A stretch of 63,922 nucleotides of DNA, counting the filler, from Olpidium bornovanus S191 (lineage: Eukaryota > Fungi > Olpidiomycota): the NCBI GenBank assembly GCA_017911155.1. It is 34 parts of 34 records of this genome, joined end to end, with 100 filler letters (N's around TTAATTAATTAA, not from the genome) between each part and the next. Parts side by side here need not be neighbours in the genome. Positions count along the whole stretch, not along the records: positions 60,360 to 62,534 come from JAEFCI010003705.1; positions 62,635 to 63,922 come from JAEFCI010004268.1; 32 more parts are not named here. The stretch is one strand, 5' to 3'. Numbering within the stretch: position 1 is the first letter of the stretch; each line of letters opens with the position of its first letter. Shown piece by piece: positions 60,360 to 63,922 of this stretch. A program made the position numbers and the translations under genes. Below the pieces are notes generated by a model. That model did not search any database and was not told the origin of the DNA. It saw nothing but the letters and a program-made list of their open reading frames with translations.

Positions 60360-61905
60360 ACATGCGCAAGAGCGCCTCCCACGACCGCTCGTTCGCCGCG
60401 CCGAGACGGCTCCAAATATCGGCGGCGGAGTCCCCTCCGCCTTTCCGCCACTTGAGGACGCTGCGGACCATACCAGGAGTTTGGCTGCCCCCGTTGACGT
60501 CAGCGAGTGCCAGAGATACGAGCGGCGGAAGACGGAAAGCGCAGTGCTCCGAGTCCAACGTCGCTGCCAGCAACGGCGATGCTGCGCGGCTGATTGCGTC
60601 GACACCTTCCTGCCAAGCACGGGGCCAGCGACATAAGCACCCGTGCCGCGTGAATCGTGCAAGCTGAGGGCCGCGAGATACGTCCCAGGTTGTTCTCACC
60701 TCAACCAGAGCCAGCAGCGGCTCCAGCACGGAGGGCGAAAACCGCCGGTACAGCATGCTGCCGAACACGCCGGCGGCGACGTCAAAGCCCGAACCGAGCT
60801 TTCCCTGGGCAAAGCAGTGTGCCAGCTGGGCAACAGCGTAGAGCAAGCGCCGTGCGTCGCGCCCCGACTCCGACTCCTCCTCCAAAGCACGCGGTGGGAT
60901 CACACCGAAGTGGGCCAGCAAACATCCGGCGAGCGCGGTCGTCAGCGCCGCGGAACTTCCCAGGCCAGTCTTGTGAACATCTGCGATCCGGCAGCCGCAT
61001 GGACTGAACTTCGGAAGCTTTCGCAAACTGGAATACGTCGCCGGCATGCCCAACCTCTCGAGCTTGTAAGTGGTGAATAACGTCAGCGCCGCAAGTTCCA
61101 CGTTTGACCGACTCTGTCCAGCAAACGTTCATCGCACGGCGGCTCACGCTTTCCCGCTGGGAGTAGAAGTCGTTATCTGCCACGACGAGCACGAGCCAGC
61201 TTCCGCTGCTTCCCCACCACTCAGGGAAACCGGCGTTTTGAAAACGGCCGGACTGCGCGCCTGCCAGTGCGAATACAACTTTCAGCACCGCCTCGATGTA
61301 CGGGTTCGCTCTTTGGTTGGCGGGGCTGGCCGTTACGAGGCTGTCTCAGTCTCCGGGCGATCCGCGTCAAAACGCGGGCGTCGCGGACCACGTCAGGCTC
61401 GCGCTCTACCTGGCAAGATCCCAGCATTCTCGGAGCGGGACCACTTCGTATTCCCACCGGCCGTCCAAAAACTGCGGTGCGGCGACGGTTATGCGCGGCC
61501 TCGCGCGCGGGTTCCTCCCGGTAGCAGGCAGCGCCGCCGCGTAGAACCGGCTCGTCGTCGCCACCACCAGGCACCTGCGTTCGCGATCGAGAACGAGGTA
61601 TCCGCCCGCAACGAGGACCTTACCGGGTGCAGACACGGCGCTGCGAGGCGGTGGCGTGGGGGGGGGGGGGCGGCGGACGGAAACGGCGGCCGACACGTCG
61701 AACCGGGTCAGGGAACCGCGGGGCCAGGACCGCAGAGTTTCACATCGGAGGGGGCTGGGGTGCGGAAGGGGCGGCCGACAATTTTACCACCCCGGGCGGG
61801 CGCGAAACCGCGGAGCACAGGAGCGCGCGGCGGGAAGGAAAAGCCCGCCACCGGCGGCGCGCGGACACGCGAGAGAAACACGCACGTTGCTACGGGCACC
61901 GTCAT
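60360..61905 (-). CDS. ERG8: Phosphomevalonate kinase, 3'-truncated
   Basis: Exon 1 (61905-61886, MTVPVAT) splices to AVSAPGKVLVAGGYLVLD. Further motifs: NPYIE, ADNDFYSQ, VHKTGLGSSAALTT, AHCFAQGKLGSGFDVAAGVFGSMLYRRF and GGSQTPGMVRSVLKWR. Confidence 0.95.
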
Positions 61906-61963
61906 CGCCGTATTGCCGGCCGCACGAGCGGCGGTGGCTGTCACGCGGAACGGGGCCAGCGGC

Positions 61964-61965
<2 letters not shown>

Positions 61966-61998
<33 letters not shown>
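61966..61998. repeat. (TC)n microsatellite followed by poly(T), upstream of ERG8
   Basis: Read directly from the sequence. Confidence 0.9.
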
Positions 61999-62007
<9 letters not shown>

Positions 62008-62218
62008 TTTTTCCTGTTGTGGCGTGTGTGAGCTGGGAGGTCGGGGACTGCTGTGCGGACGCGGGGACGTCGTCGCTTCTACGCGTGGCGCTTCCCGGCC
62101 GGGGGGAGTTGCTCCTCCTCCCCTCCCATCAGGAACCGCTCCTATTTTCTCTGCGGCGTTTGGGTGCGGGGAAAAAAAGAAAAGAAGAAGAAAAAGGGCT
62201 GCATTGATTTTCGTTTGT

Positions 62219-62346
62219 ACGAACTCAACACGAACTCAACACGAACTCAAAGGAGCTACGAGCTAAAATCTGCGTCACCAACTCAAAAGAGACGGTCACG
62301 AACTCAAAAGAAACGGTACCCTGAAAAAGGGACGGTACCACGGTAC
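62219..62346. repeat. Array of ACGAACTCAA-core repeats (11-bp units x3, then about 21-bp units x2-3)
   Basis: ACGAACTCAAC x2 plus ACGAACTCAA, then CACCAACTCAAAAGAGACGGT, CACGAACTCAAAAGAAACGGT and ACCCTGAAAAAGGGACGGT. Confidence 0.8.
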
Positions 62347-62656
62347 TTTATTGGTGACTGGTGTCCCTGTATGTATTTTCCGCACTGTAACTCCTGACTA
62401 AATTAATTCGAAGCCAAGCTTTGCCATTGGCTCAATATTCATCCCTGTTTCAACTTGTAATGCTGCTACAACATGGTTGGCTTCCAATCGATCATCGGTG
62501 GACGGTACTGACTAGACTGGTTGAGCCAGGGTCGNNNNNNNNNNNNNNNNNNNNNNNNNNNNNNNNNNNNNNNNNNNNTTAATTAATTAANNNNNNNNNN
62601 NNNNNNNNNNNNNNNNNNNNNNNNNNNNNNNNNNGGGGGGGGGGGGGGGGGCGGCG

Positions 62657-62710
<54 letters not shown>

Positions 62711-63089
62711 CCCTGCCAATCTAGCAAAAATCGGAAAAAGCATCACGGCACACGGACGAGCCGGAAGGAATTTGTGCCGCCCATAAAGAACCGGGTTTCG
62801 CCTTCCTCCCTTTCCCCTTCGCGCTGCCCCCCCCTCCGCCCCCTTCCAATGAAAAAAAGAAAAAAAAAATAAAAGGGTCGAGGAGCGGCGGCTTCTTTAA
62901 CAGAAGCAGAAGCAGGGGACGGAAGGGGGGGGGACCCCACTGCCGAACACGAGCAACAAAAGAGATATGTTGCCGGTAGCCCAAACATGCAAAGTTTTCG
63001 GTATCGCGGGGAGGGGAACCCTTTTCGCGCGCCCCCCGCTCCGAAAAAAAATTCCTTTAAGGTAAGGCCGGACGAAAAGGAAAAAAAAA

Positions 63090-63120
<31 letters not shown>

Positions 63121-63137
63121 AGGGGAGCGCCGGAATA

Positions 63138-63730
63138 TCACGAGCTGCCAGCCGGCGCTGGCGGTTCGTGAATCTTCTCGCCGGCGAACCTCTTCCTCTC
63201 CGCGGCCATGATCTTCTCCTTTTCGAGATAGAGATATTTGTACGCGCCGCGGATGGTGGAATCGGTCACCCCCGCGATGCTGGAGATTTCCTTGGGCGTC
63301 GTCGGGTGGCCCAGGAGATGCGAGGCCATGTAGATGCACGCGCCGGCGATGGAAATCGGAGATTTGCCGGAAAGGCTCGGCTTGTCCTTCGCGAGCTCTG
63401 TCAACTCCTCCGCGCAGCGCTGCACGGTCATGGGCAGGTTCAGGTTCGAGCAGAACCGCGACAGGAGGTCCCTGGCCGACGCCGACGTGGTCGAAACCGT
63501 CGAGCCAGGAGTGTCGAGCGCTTTGGCAAGCGCCTTAAAGCACCGTCCCACTTCCTTCTTCGGCAGCTTTGCCAGATGGCAAATCTCTTTGAAAGTCCGT
63601 GGGACGTTCGAGTTCCGGCAGGCGATAAAGATGCACGAAGCCACCACGATGGTGATGTCCTTCTGCAGCTTCAGCACCTTCTCATCAACCACTCTTTTCG
63701 GGAGGTGCACATTGTCCGCAATGTTTAGGA
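63138..63730 (-). CDS. SUA7: Transcription initiation factor TFIIB, core cyclin-repeat exon
   Basis: ASCIFIACRNSNVPRTFKEIC...KKEVGRCFK, RFCSNLNLP, SGKSPISIAGACIYMAS and IAGVTDSTIRGAYK. Stop at 63138-63140. Confidence 0.95.
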
Positions 63731-63777
63731 CTTATCTCGTAGACCCCCGCCGCGTAAAACCAGCGAAACGGGCCGGT

Positions 63778-63816
<39 letters not shown>

Positions 63817-63922
63817 CCCCACCTTTTTTAAAATTGTTTGGCCTGGCCAGTTTTTTTTTTCGGAACCCCAATTTCTTCCGCCATAACGGACGTCTTTTTT
63901 GGCGCCGGGGCGGCTCTTCTCA

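Overview
This is not contiguous DNA. It is 34 short contigs (about 1.0-3.3 kb) joined by 33 artificial 100-nt spacers (N44-TTAATTAATTAA-N44), so adjacency across spacers has no biological meaning. The DNA is eukaryotic, GC-rich and intron-rich (GT-AG), with many homopolymer tracts. The genes look fungal, but several are animal-like. Complete or nearly complete genes are RPS23, RPS24, a mitochondrial rhomboid, a probable mitoribosomal bL35m, an intronless F-box/XPA-like protein and a small secreted cationic Asn/Ala/Lys protein. Fragments cover AASS (LKR domain), AVT3/4, SMG1, ETP1/BRAP, an S10 carboxypeptidase, an ArfGAP, MAM3/CNNM, WHI3, CTC1, HSP60, ERG8 and TFIIB. There are two decayed Ty1/copia pieces: one has a minisatellite where gag should be, the other has a nested solo LTR. 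SMG1, CTC1, AASS and metazoan-type bL35m together point to an early-diverging fungus. The style recalls the fragmented Olpidium draft genome, but that is an unverified inference. The best leads are an animal/plant-type CTC1, SMG1, a tandem 165-bp repeat whose hairpins show compensatory changes, the acid-free cationic secreted protein, the F-box plus XPA-like family, and CpG-specific mutation in transposon duplicates. All family calls come from motif recognition by eye, not database searches.
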